DNA of 63,893 nucleotides, the filler included, from Olpidium bornovanus S191 (Eukaryota; Fungi; Olpidiomycota): NCBI GenBank assembly GCA_017911155.1. It is 25 parts of 25 records of this genome, joined end to end, with 100 filler letters (N's around TTAATTAATTAA, not from the genome) between each part and the next. Parts side by side here need not be neighbours in the genome. Positions count along the whole stretch, not along the records: positions 1 to 2,507 come from JAEFCI010005351.1; positions 2,608 to 4,616 come from JAEFCI010009865.1; positions 4,717 to 6,087 come from JAEFCI010007169.1; positions 6,188 to 7,744 come from JAEFCI010013495.1; positions 7,845 to 9,155 come from JAEFCI010007764.1; positions 9,256 to 10,436 come from JAEFCI010005944.1; positions 10,537 to 17,160 come from JAEFCI010002374.1; 18 more parts are not named here. The stretch is one strand, 5' to 3'. A program made the position numbers and the translations under genes. Shown here piece by piece: positions 1 to 11,597 of this stretch. Each line of letters opens with the position of its first letter. Within the stretch, counting starts at the first letter, position 1. A model generated the notes under the pieces. The model made no database searches, was not told the DNA's origin, and was given only the letters and a program-made list of their open reading frames with translations.

Positions 1-1517
1 CATGCCCACTCAGCATTGAAATAATGTAACGCCAATGCACCAGTGAGGCCGAAGCGGGGAAGAAGGCCACGCAACACGCAAATTGGAGAGGGGGAAAAAA
101 GACCCCAAAATCTCGCCGGGCTTCTTAAAGATCAAAGCTCTGAATCTCACCGCACGCTCTGTACTGTGTAATAACGAAAGAAAAAATTGTGCGTTTTTGA
201 TATTCGTTCTTTTTTCGGGGTGAAGGGTGGGGGCCACCGGGGGAATACGTGTTACCACGCCCTGCCGGTCGCGCCTGCACGTCTGGGGATAGCGACACCG
301 TGGAAGCAAAAAAGGGTCGGGCCTTTTAACATCTTCAGCAAGGCAAGGTTTGTCTACATTGCGGATTTGTCCCGGGTAACGGCCAAAAAAAGGCGGCCTA
401 CACGCGATCACGTGACCGCCACAGAGTTGAATTACCCGTATCCCTTCTGCCCCCCGGCAAAAAAAAAAAGAAACGCACAAACGGCGAAGAAGAGCGAAGA
501 GGCGGGGGAGGAGGCGACAGCGGGAGGAAACGCTGAAAGCGTGAGAGTGACAGTGTGTGTGTGAGAGAGCAAAACGCGACCACGCCGACAATACTTCACA
601 GATCGCCGGTTGCCCGGGATGCTCGCCGCCCCGGACTACGACACGCTCGCCTTCGAAGCGATTGAAGCCGTGAGTTGTCCCGCGCGCGCGAGGAAAAGCG
701 CGCGGGGAGGGGGGCGAGGGGCAGGGAGGGCGCGGGGAAGAGCCGTCGACGCGTTTTTCTTTATCTTTTTTTTTTTTTTTTTTGGGGACGCGCGACCTGG
801 GGGCGGGGGGGGAGAGGGAGTCCGTGAACACCAAAAAAAAGAAAAAAACGGAACGGCGCGCGGAAAAGCGCAGGGAGACGGGGAAAGGCCGGGGAAGGAG
901 GAAGGAAGAGCCGCCGACGCGTTTGTTTTTTTGGACACGCGACCTGGCGGCGGATGTTTGTGAACGAAAAAAAGAAGGCAACGACGCGGGAATGCTGACA
1001 TTCGGTTCACCCGTTGACGCGGCCCAGAACCGCAAGGACGGTGTGACGGGCCGCGTCCATCACACAAGTAAGATTTGGCGTCGGAGGTTTGGCGGCGACT
1101 TGTTCCGTGTTCAGAACTTTGGGTGACAACGACTGTCGAAATTGCTTAATTCCAGTCCGCGCGTTCGGCAAACGCAAACTCGGGGAGGTTCCAAGCAGCT
1201 CTAGCCAAAATCTGGTAAGTGGCTACCGGGAGGTAGTCATTACAGCTACGAAAACTACGGGAAAGACGCATGGCCGATAGAGCTCATCCCAGCTCGATTG
1301 CTTTCATTTCATTTTGTTTGCGTTGCGCAGCATGGGCGGCTAAAGGCCATGGTGGAGGACGGCCGCCTGGCCAGCGACGCGCGTCAAATGCGCTTCGGGC
1401 TGCCGTCGGACCCTAACCGGCGGTCCGCAAGCGCTCGGCCGGCGAGCTGGACCTTCCAAACCTGCGCCAGCAGATTCGAAGGCCCGGCGGCTGGCGTCCG
1501 CGCAGGACGCGGCTTCC

Positions 1518-2507
1518 ATGGAGGCCCGCGACGCCCTTAAGGACAGGCTGAGCGCGGCGCTCGCCGACATCGAGGCCATCTGGCAAGAACTCGACGCTGC
1601 CGTCGCGAGCGCACGCGCGTTTGAAACGTTGAATTCCGGGGCCGCTGCGGCCTTCGACTTTACGACGAAAGAGTGTATCCGACTGAAAAAGGAGAACAGA
1701 ACCCTTCAAGCCAGGATCACCGCGCTCGAAGAGGAGAAAGGGGCCGTCGTTTACAGCGCCGGAGTTGAAAGGGACGGCTCTGTCATTCGTGCCTTAAAAA
1801 CCGTTGAATCCGAGCGCGATGCAGCGCTACAAAAGGCCGCAGACTCCGTGGTTGAGCTAGATCGGGTTCGCGAGGAGCTCGCGGTCGCCAGGAGCAGAGC
1901 TTCAGCAGAAATAAAGCAGCTTGCACTGAAGAAGTCGGAAGTTTGAAAGTATGAATAAGCTACTCGAAGCACACTTGAAGGATTACGACGACCAGATCCA
2001 GTACTTGGCAGGCGAGCTTCGCCAAGCAAAGGAACATTACCGGGAACACACGAACATCCTTCTGGCCAAATTCGAGGAGGAGAGAGCGGCCGCCGTATCC
2101 ACTGCCGGAGCGGAAAGAACGCATCTTTTACCCGTGCCGTGACTGCCGAAATCGAGCGCGACGCAATGATGCACATGGTGACGGACTCCGATGTCGAGCT
2201 GGATCGGATTCGCGAGGAGCTCGTGGCCGCCAGGGGCGGAGGAACTTTAGCAGAACTCAAGCAATTTGTGCAACAGAAGTCGGAAATGGAAAATGTGAAT
2301 GATATGCTCGAAGTACGCTTGAAGGAGTACGATGAGGCGTACAAAGTTACACAGGAGGAGCTCCAGTGCACGGTGGGTCGGCTCCGCATGGTCGAGAAAC
2401 GCCACCGGAAACACACGAGTGCCCTTCAGGCCAGGTTCGAGGAGGAGAAAGCGGCCGCCGAATCTGAGCGCGACGCAGCACTGCAAAAGGCGGCTGACTC
2501 TGCTGTC
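1518..2507 (+). pseudogene. Coiled-coil protein with ~104-114 aa internal repeats, interrupted by two frameshifts (3' truncated by contig end)
   Basis: Motif E(S/I)ERDA..Q/H..A/TDS.VELDR.REEL..AR recurs at ~1812, ~2154 and ~2466. Aligning the repeats shows a +1 base at ~1942 and a -1 base at ~2118; ORFs 1518 and 2139 share a frame. Confidence 0.6.
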
Positions 2508-2607
2508 NNNNNNNNNNNNNNNNNNNNNNNNNNNNNNNNNNNNNNNNNNNNTTAATTAATTAANNNNNNNNNNNNNNNNNNNNNNNNNNNNNNNNNNNNN
2601 NNNNNNN
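2508..2607. other. Artificial contig-joining spacer (first of 24; N-run + TTAATTAATTAA + N-run, 100 nt)
   Basis: The same 100-nt spacer recurs throughout (e.g. 4618-4717, 6088-6187, 7745-7844, 62543-62642); TTAATTAATTAA gives stops in all frames on both strands. Confidence 0.99.
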
Positions 2608-2890
2608 GCATGGAAGGAACTGCCCGCCGCTGTTCACGTCACACTCCGAGGTGAAAGTCCCGGAGAGTACTGGACGGCACTTTTTTTACGCGGGGATTGA
2701 ATATATCGTTGCTTGCATCGAAGCATAGTGTTGTTCTAATTCCTCTCTGGTCCTAATTGCGACGGTTTTTTTTTACCGTCGACGAAAGTCACAACCTCAG
2801 AAAAGGATAGGAACCCTAAACTACTCCGATGCACCTACCGCCATTCGCCAACATCGGATCAACTCAAAAACAGGGATGAGGTCTAAAAGC

Positions 2891-3938
2891 TCATTTTTTC
2901 CTAATGTTCTTAATTCCGGTTTTTCTCTTCTTGAAAGATGTCTCGCCCGTATGGGGCTGAGTGTCTTGCGCTGAGCAATATCCGGCGCCCGCGACGCCTC
3001 CGGGGTAAGCTTTCTCCTTTACCTTGAAATCCCGCAGGTCGTCGGGGTCGACTCCCTCTCCGTCGTCGTCGTCGAAGATTATTTGCGAGGAAGTGCCCTC
3101 CGTCGCCTCCTCCTTTCGACGATTCGCGTCGGGGCGGACCCGTTTCCACGGTCCGGGCACGGTGGACAGCTCGTACTCGTCACCAACAGGGAGCCGCGGA
3201 ACAAGCGGCGTGTCGTTCGCAGCGGTTGCGGTGGTCCGCCGCTTGGCCGGCGTCGGGAGTGTCGGCTGGGATGCACGGGGTTGGCTTGCGCCTTGCGGCG
3301 GCGGCGGCGGGGCCGCTGCTGCTGGGGGCGGGGGGCTTACGGGACCACCGGCTTCATTTGCAAGGTCCTTCTGGTACGCCGCGAGTGCCGCCTAGAGTAG
3401 TGGACCCGGGATGGGGCGAGCGTTTTTAGGAAAGGTCGGGGCACAAGCCCTTCGGCCGGCAACTGAGGACAGACCTGTTCGATCTTTTCAAGTCGCTTCT
3501 TGACATCCTCCTGCTCTTTCTTCTCCTGCGCGCTGCGCTGCCTCACGTCAGACAAGAACTTGGTCACCGCTTCCTTGTGTCTTTTCCCGCCCTCGTGCGT
3601 CTGCCTGCTCTGACGGTCCACAGAGCCGCGCGGGGTTAGTTCACCGACAAAGCAAAAGAAAAAGAAAAAAAAAAAATATTGAGCGAGCGGCCGGTTTCAC
3701 GGCGGCTCCGCACTTACGATCTTGTTATCCGCTATGTACGTCTTGCAGTACGAACAGTAGTACCGCTTCTGCGAAACCCAGTACTCCGACCTGGAGACCG
3801 AGGATGGGGAAAGCGAAACCAACCGCACGGCCGGTCAGCCGCGAATCTTTCTTTTTCTTTTTTTCCCCGCCGGTCGGGTCGGCTGGACCGCACTTTGCAG
3901 CCCAGCCGGGGCGACGCCCGCGGCCGCAACGCTCACAT
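2891..3938 (-). CDS. U1-type (matrin) zinc-finger spliceosomal protein, WBP4/FBP21-like; 4 exons
   Basis: Spliced translation MSEYWVSQKRYYCSYCKTYIADNKI|SRQTHEGGKRHKEAV has the C2H2 U1-type finger typical of WBP4. Exons 3938-3937, 3790-3718, 3609-3475, 3391-2891 with GT-AG introns and consistent phases. Confidence 0.85.
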
Positions 3939-4717
3939 GGGCGATCGTCCGTCGTCGGGGCTTCCTCGCGCGCGGCGGCGTGTGCGGGTCGGGTGGTTCG
4001 AGGGCGTTTCCCGCCCACCGCACGGCCGGCCTTGCCGGACACGCGCACACAAAAAAAAAAAAAAAAAAAAAAAAAAATTCGCCGCGCGTGCCGCTTCGAC
4101 CCGCTCGCGCTATCGCGAACGCTGAAGGACCCGACCGGCCGATGGGGACGAAGCTGCAGGTGCGATCAACCCTCAGGAGATACCGCTCCGCCTGGAAACG
4201 TTTGGCTGTGCGTTGCCTTCGTCCTAAACGAAACGCCCGTAATGTAAATGACAGCAGATAAGCACTTTCCTTCTGGAGAACGGCCCGCGCCCGTGACGCT
4301 GAACGGCATGATCGACGGCGAAGGGACGGACAGCGCTGGGCCGAGGTTTTCCGAAGGGAACAGTACAGCAACGCGGGGTGCGCGGAATGCTGCGAGGAGT
4401 ACACAAGAAGGCTGCTGGTATGCTGGGATGAAAAATATTCCGGCCGCAGAATGAGTAATTGAACCCGCCATGAGAAATAGGGTGTCAGACCACAGGTGAT
4501 ATGGCCGTCAAACAACCGGTGATACGGAAGGTCAGCGATGACCCCGTATCCCCGGTTCTATCTGACGGCCGCGAAAAAAAAAAATGCCGGCGCGCGCGAC
4601 GGGAAAAAAAAAAAAANNNNNNNNNNNNNNNNNNNNNNNNNNNNNNNNNNNNNNNNNNNNTTAATTAATTAANNNNNNNNNNNNNNNNNNNNNNNNNNNN
4701 NNNNNNNNNNNNNNNNT

Positions 4718-5352
4718 TTGTTCAAGTTACCGGTCCCATTTTTCTTTGTCGTTTTCAGACGGTGTCCGCAGATGCGAATTTCACCACCGACGCTTTTGCC
4801 AACCTCGGTCATACATTTCCATTCTGTCACGGCCATGCCATTGTTATCTTTTGTCGTTCCAAGTTTTTCAAAGTGGTGCAGGTATCCGCCTGCGTTTCTC
4901 TTTTTGGAAGAGACACTGGTGGTGCTTTGGGCGTCTTCACTGTCGTCATCGTTTGCCGGTCTCTTTCCCAGGCTGACTGCACTTACTCCATTCAGCTGGT
5001 CGCCAGATTGACTGATGCTGTCATCCGGGAGAACTTCTTCCACTCTCATGACAGAGATGGATGGAGAGGATGGATGGATGGATGGATGGATGGGATGGAT
5101 GGATGGGATGGATGGGTGACAGGTTGGATTTGTTGAGGTTGGTGTGTTGTGTGATGGGTGAAAGGAGTGTTTCGTGTTGGGTGAAACGGAAATTTTTTTT
5201 TTCTGCCGCGCAGCGGATACCCGCAGGTAAACCGGTACCCGTCGGCCGAAACCCATACCCATACCCGACCCTCAATCCTCAAACCCGTACCCGAACCCGC
5301 CGGTAAAACCAGCGGGTAAAACCCGCGGGTTTGGGTACGGGTAGGAACCTTA
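4718..5352 (-). mobile_element. hAT-superfamily DNA transposon left end with N-terminal BED zinc finger of the transposase
   Basis: ORF from ~5049 ends EWKC...ICGHRLKTTKKNGTGNLNK (BED finger, truncated). Dense ACCCG/CGGGT subterminal repeats at 5220-5342; probable terminus TAAGGTTCCTACC at 5352. Confidence 0.75.
5056..5115. repeat. (GGAT)n microsatellite in the 5' region of the hAT ORF
   Basis: Imperfect GGAT/GGGAT run seen directly. Confidence 0.9.
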
Positions 5353-5532
5353 ATCACAACCGCCTCCCCTCTCCCTCCCCTCCACTCCCCTCCCCTTCGC
5401 ATTGCCCCCTGACGGTTTCCGATGTGTCGCCTCACGGTTCACAGGCGGACCGCCGCTCCGCGGTCGAGCAGCCGCCGCCGCCGCCCCTGGCCGCCGAAGT
5501 TGGGCCGGCGGGGAGGGCGGAGTGCTAATTTA

Positions 5533-5930
5533 CGAGGAAGCAGGATCTATATATCTGAAGCGAGCGCTTCTCCCGGCCGTCAGAATACGAACGCAATTTA
5601 ATTTTCTCTGTCACTTTAAGCCCTGTCAAATCAAGATGAGCAGGCTCCACATGTCTGAGGCGGGGGTTTCTCCCGGCCCTGTCAGAACACGAATGCAGTT
5701 TGATTTTATCTGTAACTCTATAAGTCTTACCAAATTGAGAGGAGCAGGCTACATGTTTGAGGCAAATGCTTCTCCCGGACGAATGCAATTTGATTTTCTC
5801 TATCACGTTAAGCCCTATCAAATTAAGATGATCTGGCTCTACATTTCCGACGCGGTGCTTCTCCCGGTCCTGTCAGAATACGAATGCAATTTGACTTTAT
5901 CTGTCACTTTAAGCCCAATCAAATCAAAGT
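5533..5930. repeat. ~100-bp degenerate tandem repeat, about 4 units
   Basis: Anchor (G/T)(C/T)TTCTCCCGG at ~5566, ~5666, ~5768, ~5857; shared core GAA(T/C)GCA(A/G)TTT(G/A)A(T/C)TTT. Confidence 0.9.
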
Positions 5931-6187
5931 AGCCCCCAATCAAATAAAAGCGTAACGTTGCCCTACTACATGCACTTACTTTTTCGGTATGGAAGCGTTG
6001 AACACCGTCACTGTTTGGCGAGTCTGTTTCACCGTGGGCAGAGGGCGTCATTATTGCAAACAAACCAGAGAAAAAATGGGGCAAAAANNNNNNNNNNNNN
6101 NNNNNNNNNNNNNNNNNNNNNNNNNNNNNNNTTAATTAATTAANNNNNNNNNNNNNNNNNNNNNNNNNNNNNNNNNNNNNNNNNNNN

Positions 6188-7297
6188 CATGAAAACCGCA
6201 CGTCACAAAGCTGTTGTGTGCCAGTCGCATCTTTTCGCAATTCGTCATCGCGAGTCCCTTGAGCTTCCCAGGAAGAACACGGGGGGAAAAAGGGTTCGAG
6301 ATGTGTTTGAATTCCTAGACGCCGCAGCAAGGCCACCCGGACGGCCCGAGCGAAAAAGTAAACGTGTGCGCACCGTGGGTGTAAAATCCCGCGTGAAATC
6401 CTTAAACTCTTGGATAGTCGGTCCGGCATCGATCTCCGGTCGGTTCATGACGATGCTCAGGATCGCCTGGGTTGCGCACGCGTTCTCTATCACCTGAGAG
6501 GGCCGATGCAGCCCCCCACAGCGTCTCCGGTGAGTCACCAAGTTTAATCAACTTCCGTACGGGCATCGTCCCGTATTTTTTACCTGGTTGGCGAAGTAAA
6601 GTTCCGGCGGCCAAGTTTCGAGCGGCGTTCGGCGTTCCCCCTCGAACTCCCGCCACTTAAAAAGGAAAATCAGGCCGTAAACATCGTTGGATCTAGCGTG
6701 GAAGGCGTTCAAGCCGACGGATCATTTGAGACCGTCGGTCGAAATCCTCGCCCTTTTCCAACACCAGCGAAAAGAATACAAGGAAAAAAAACGGAAAAAA
6801 ATTGCTGGATTGCGGAGCAGGCCGCGGAAGCTTTCTTTTTTCCCGAACCCAAAACGCTTGAGTGATTCCCTGTCCAGCGACCAGAGCTCTTCCACCTGGG
6901 CGCCCTTGATGCCGAGTTCCATTACTAGCTGCGTGAACACTTCTTTTTTGTGCGGAAGGCCCACACGCGCAAGCGAAGGACGCGCCGCACCGGTCATTTT
7001 TCGCCGCCGCTTCTTTCTTTTTTTTTTTTGTTTTTCGTCTTCCCCCCCGCCCCCCCCCCCCCCCCCTCTTCTCCGAGTTCGTCCCCCCCCCCTCCCCTCC
7101 CCCCCGGTTACAGGTTTTTGGCGGTTTCGCCAACGTTCGAACAAAGCCCCGCTGTCTCCGGTCTCGCTCTCGCTCTTGCTCTCGCTCTCGCTCTCCCTCT
7201 TCTCCCCCCCCACCCTCCTCTGCCTCCCTCGCTCACCCTCTGCTCGCCTACCGGGGTCCGACTCGACTTCCTGCCAGCTGCGGGTCGGCGACAGCAT
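6188..7297 (-). CDS. UCHL5: Ubiquitin C-terminal hydrolase UCH37/UCHL5 (peptidase C12), N-terminal part, multi-exon
   Basis: Exons translate to WQEVESDP, VFTQLVMELGIKGAQVEELWSLD, DVYGLIFLFKW, LYFANQ, VIENACATQAIL (catalytic Cys) and GLAMTNCEKMRLAHNSF. Confidence 0.93.
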
Positions 7298-9673
7298 CTT
7301 CGGTTTTTTCGCTTCCGAGGGAGGAAAACCTCACCCGCGACTTTTTTTGCGCGCGGCCCCGGTCCGTCGCGCGACTGGGGGGAAGGTCGTCGCGTTCCTC
7401 TTCCCCCGTTCCGACGCTCGCCGGGGCCGGGAAAGAAGGAAAACGGCCGTCACGTTAGTCACGTGATTTGGAACTACTCTCGGAAGAATCTCTTTTTGCG
7501 TGACCAGAGGTTTCCGCAATTTGATCCTCCCTCGCCCGGAATTGGGACTGACCGCGGGGAGGGAGAAAGCGCCGGGACCTATCCCGCTCCCCACCTCTGT
7601 GCCCTCAGATCGCGGGTGACCGACCGCGCGTTACCCAGAGGCCGGTAAAACGAACTCGCCTGCCCGGGAGCCAAACCACACGGCAGTATTCTGTAATCGT
7701 TTTTCAGGGTTGGCGTGTCCCATAAGCGAAACGTTGGTACCATGNNNNNNNNNNNNNNNNNNNNNNNNNNNNNNNNNNNNNNNNNNNNTTAATTAATTAA
7801 NNNNNNNNNNNNNNNNNNNNNNNNNNNNNNNNNNNNNNNNNNNNCATGTACATAAATATCGTGTAACATCTCATCGTCCTTTCGCGGCCTCACCATTTTC
7901 ACGCGGCCCGCTGCGCCGATTCCCCGAAACGGGCGCGAGCAGGTGGTTGTGGGCGGCGACCGAACAGTCTCGCGTGTACCTCTGGATGACTACATTATCT
8001 GCTGCCGCGCCTTTTCTCAAAGGAACAGAAGGAGCGGCGCGCCCTCAACTCACGGTTTTTCCGGTCGAACAGCCAAAACGAACGTTTCTCTCGTCTCGCC
8101 GCTAGTAAGGCGGCCTGCGAAAAAAAGAACGGCCTGGCCGAAAGTTGCCGGTTCTGCAGGAAAAATCCAGGGCATTATCAGCCGATCAGACGTTTGCACG
8201 CCGCGTCAAACACCACCGCGTTCGTGACACCCGACTTTTGCAGGTTGCGGGACAAAAGGAACATCCCCCGAAAAAAAAAAACGAGCTCCAAAAGCTTTTC
8301 TAAAATCTGCGGTGAAACGAATAACTGGCCGTCCACCGTCTGCGTTTCCTCTCTTATAAAATAACAGCATCTTTCCCGAGGGGAACGTCCGGTCGGTCCC
8401 CCCCGTCATCGGAAACGGAGCCCTGAGCGAACTTTTGTCTCCGCTGGGCGCAGCGGACAGGCGGGATCATCGGCGGGGGGTGGGGGGGGGGTTGAGTCTT
8501 AACAATGCGGACCCCTCTGACGCCGCGGCCGGCCCAGACTCCCGTTTGAGTTCGAGAACGAGAAAGAGAACAAGGCCTCGGCAACATTAAACACCGCGCG
8601 TTTTAGATTTTGCGTAACTCTTCACACCCTTTTGCTTGCTGTTTAGAGGAGGCTCGGTGTGCCGGGATGATCACCAAGAGCATCGTCAAATCACACCAAA
8701 GCCGTCGTTGTCGTCAACACAGACGGGTCCGCGCCTTGTGGCCAACGTGCAAGGCGCGGCAGCAGTTTTGTTGCGGGTGCCAGTTGAAGGGGGCAGGGCG
8801 TCTTTATTTATGCCGTCGTCGCATTACCTCGAGAGCCCGCAACAAAGTGTTTCGTGCCGGAGTCGCGTTCCTTACGACAGACACCGCACGTGAACGCCGC
8901 ATGTGTTTTCCTTGAGCGCATCAAAACATCCGTCGGACCGCCCGAAGAAGCGAGTTTCTCGTCCCATGATCCGTCATGAACATTCCGGCCGATGCGCCGC
9001 TGCCCCACCTTATAACGTCTTGGTACCTGTGCAGAGTTGCGCGATTGTCCTCAGGCAGGCAGTGGTGCGTTGGTGATCTAGGCTTATATCGTTTCGGCAA
9101 TTTCCGACCGGTCGTTTGTGAAGGGAGAGGATGTTGCCTGGAACACTTTTCAGCCNNNNNNNNNNNNNNNNNNNNNNNNNNNNNNNNNNNNNNNNNNNNT
9201 TAATTAATTAANNNNNNNNNNNNNNNNNNNNNNNNNNNNNNNNNNNNNNNNNNNNAGAAAAAGAAAAAAAACAAGCGTCGGAGAAAAACTTCACTAACGG
9301 GTGCGGGAAAACGGACGGGCCGTCCAAAACTGTAAACTAAGAGTGGGAAAAAAGAAAAGAAAAAAAAAAAAAAAAAAGGAAAGAGTAGTCCGGGAATGCG
9401 TAAGAGAGCTGATGGGGTGAGGTTTGGGTGGGCGAGGGCATGGGGGGGGGGGGCATCGAGGAAAACGGAGTTTCGGCAGACGAATAGAAAGGGGGCAAAA
9501 ATGTGCGTGTGAGAGTGGCGATTTTAAAGATCTAAAAGAAACGTGCGCGGTTCCCGCGTTCCATGTGTGTGGCGTCGTGTACCCGGGAAGGGCAAAGTGG
9601 GGTGAGGTGGGTGGGTTAAAAAGGGGGAGGGAGGGTGGGGAGAAGTTATCGGCAGGGGGGGGGGGGGGGGGGG

Positions 9674-9710
<37 letters not shown>

Positions 9711-9902
9711 AAGGGGGGGGGGGGGGGGGGGGGAGAAGTTATCGGCAGGCGGGTGAGGGGGGACGACGGCAGGGCATCCTCCTTCCCCGCCCCCCCCACC
9801 CCCACCCCCCTTCCCGGCCGAGTGCTCCCGCCCCGGGGACACCCGCCGCCGGTGTTTTTCTGTCAAAGGCTTTCTTTCCGGGGGGTTCTTTCGGCGTTTT
9901 TC

Positions 9903-10436
<534 letters not shown>

Positions 10437-11597
10437 NNNNNNNNNNNNNNNNNNNNNNNNNNNNNNNNNNNNNNNNNNNNTTAATTAATTAANNNNNNNN
10501 NNNNNNNNNNNNNNNNNNNNNNNNNNNNNNNNNNNNCGTTACATTGTATTTTGGGCCGAATTCCCGAACTTTCAAAAGAGTTTTCCATACTTGAACGAGG
10601 AAACGATGATTTTTCTGGCAGGGAGCATAAGGAGCTGCTTTGAACGTGTTATTCATGGTTCGTTAAAGAGGTGGTGATGTGCAAAAGGGATACATGTTTT
10701 TTTTCTTCCTACTTTTCAGTGTATGTGGCGAGTGACAACTACGTATCGGTAATGGTGACGGCTTTGCGGGAAGCGCCACCAACTAGATCCACTTGAACGA
10801 TCAACCTTTGCGTTAGATTGAAGCTTTCTGCCAAGAGGACCAAATTTTGCATAATAACCTTTCATGAGATGTTGACATTTGGATCACGGCGATTAAAAAG
10901 TTGCGGGTGGCCATGAAGAACCTTAATGCACTTTCGGATGACCTGGTTCTTCAGGATTGCGCGAAAAGCATATGCTACGGACCAAAAAGACGGAGGAGTG
11001 CCAGATTATAATGCAGGGGCATCTGCACGGAAGTCATCTCCTCAAGTCCGGTCCGCATGCCGCCGACATAAGGTGTCCTCCAAATAGCTGATAAGTTGAT
11101 ATTTTTTCCTGTCACTGCAATATCCATATTGCAAAGGGCACCAGTTTTTTTTTTCTTTTATCTGTCAGCAAAGGGCTTTTTGCTCTAAGCTTCAGTAGCT
11201 CGGCCATGTCCTTCCGTCACACCGTCTCCGTCTGCTACATTGCCAGCGCCGCACGTGAATTATTCACACCGCCGCGATCCGGGCGTTCTCGGGGCAAACG
11301 CGCTGGCGGTGGACAATGCAATGAGCCAGAACAGCGGGCAGACGGCCATCGCGGGCATCTCCTCTCCCCTCGGGGGCGGGCGGGCGGGGCGGGGCGGGGG
11401 GGAAGCGGGGGAGGGGAAAAAGGGAAGCAAGCAATCGGAAGAAACGAGAATGGGGGCGGGAAATGCTCCTTAAAAATAAAATGTGCAAATTGCGTGCGGT
11501 TAACTTTACAGGGGGAGCTTCCCCTTTTTTCCCCCGCGCAAGTGGGGGGGGAGGGGGTGGGGGGGCAAACAGAGAGAAAATAATATGTACGGCGAGT

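Noticed and set aside
10-1035. 341-aa minus ORF and the many other long overlapping Arg/Pro/Gly-rich ORFs in the track
   Set aside because: They run through homopolymers and introns or are antisense shadows of real genes; high GC makes stops rare.
1-1070. Possible plus-strand spliced gene (exon-like RRLPGMLAAPDYDTLAFEAIEA; NRKDGVTGRVHHT)
   Set aside because: Splice signals are plausible but I could not identify a product or build a consistent model.
2552-2563. Recurrent TTAATTAATTAA as a regulatory or repeat motif
   Set aside because: Always embedded in N-runs with fixed 100-nt geometry; it is an artificial linker.
5533-5930. CRISPR-like array
   Set aside because: Whole units are homologous with no unique spacers, there are no cas genes and the context is eukaryotic.
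9637-9749. Duplicated GGGAGAAGTTATCGGCAGG flanking a ~70-nt G run
   Set aside because: Most likely a local misassembly or poly-G artefact; cannot be supported as a G-quadruplex element without reads.
10820-11010. Weak gag-like peptide DVDIWITAIKKLRVAMKNLNALSDDLVLQ
   Set aside because: Short, interrupted by stops and without supporting retroelement features.
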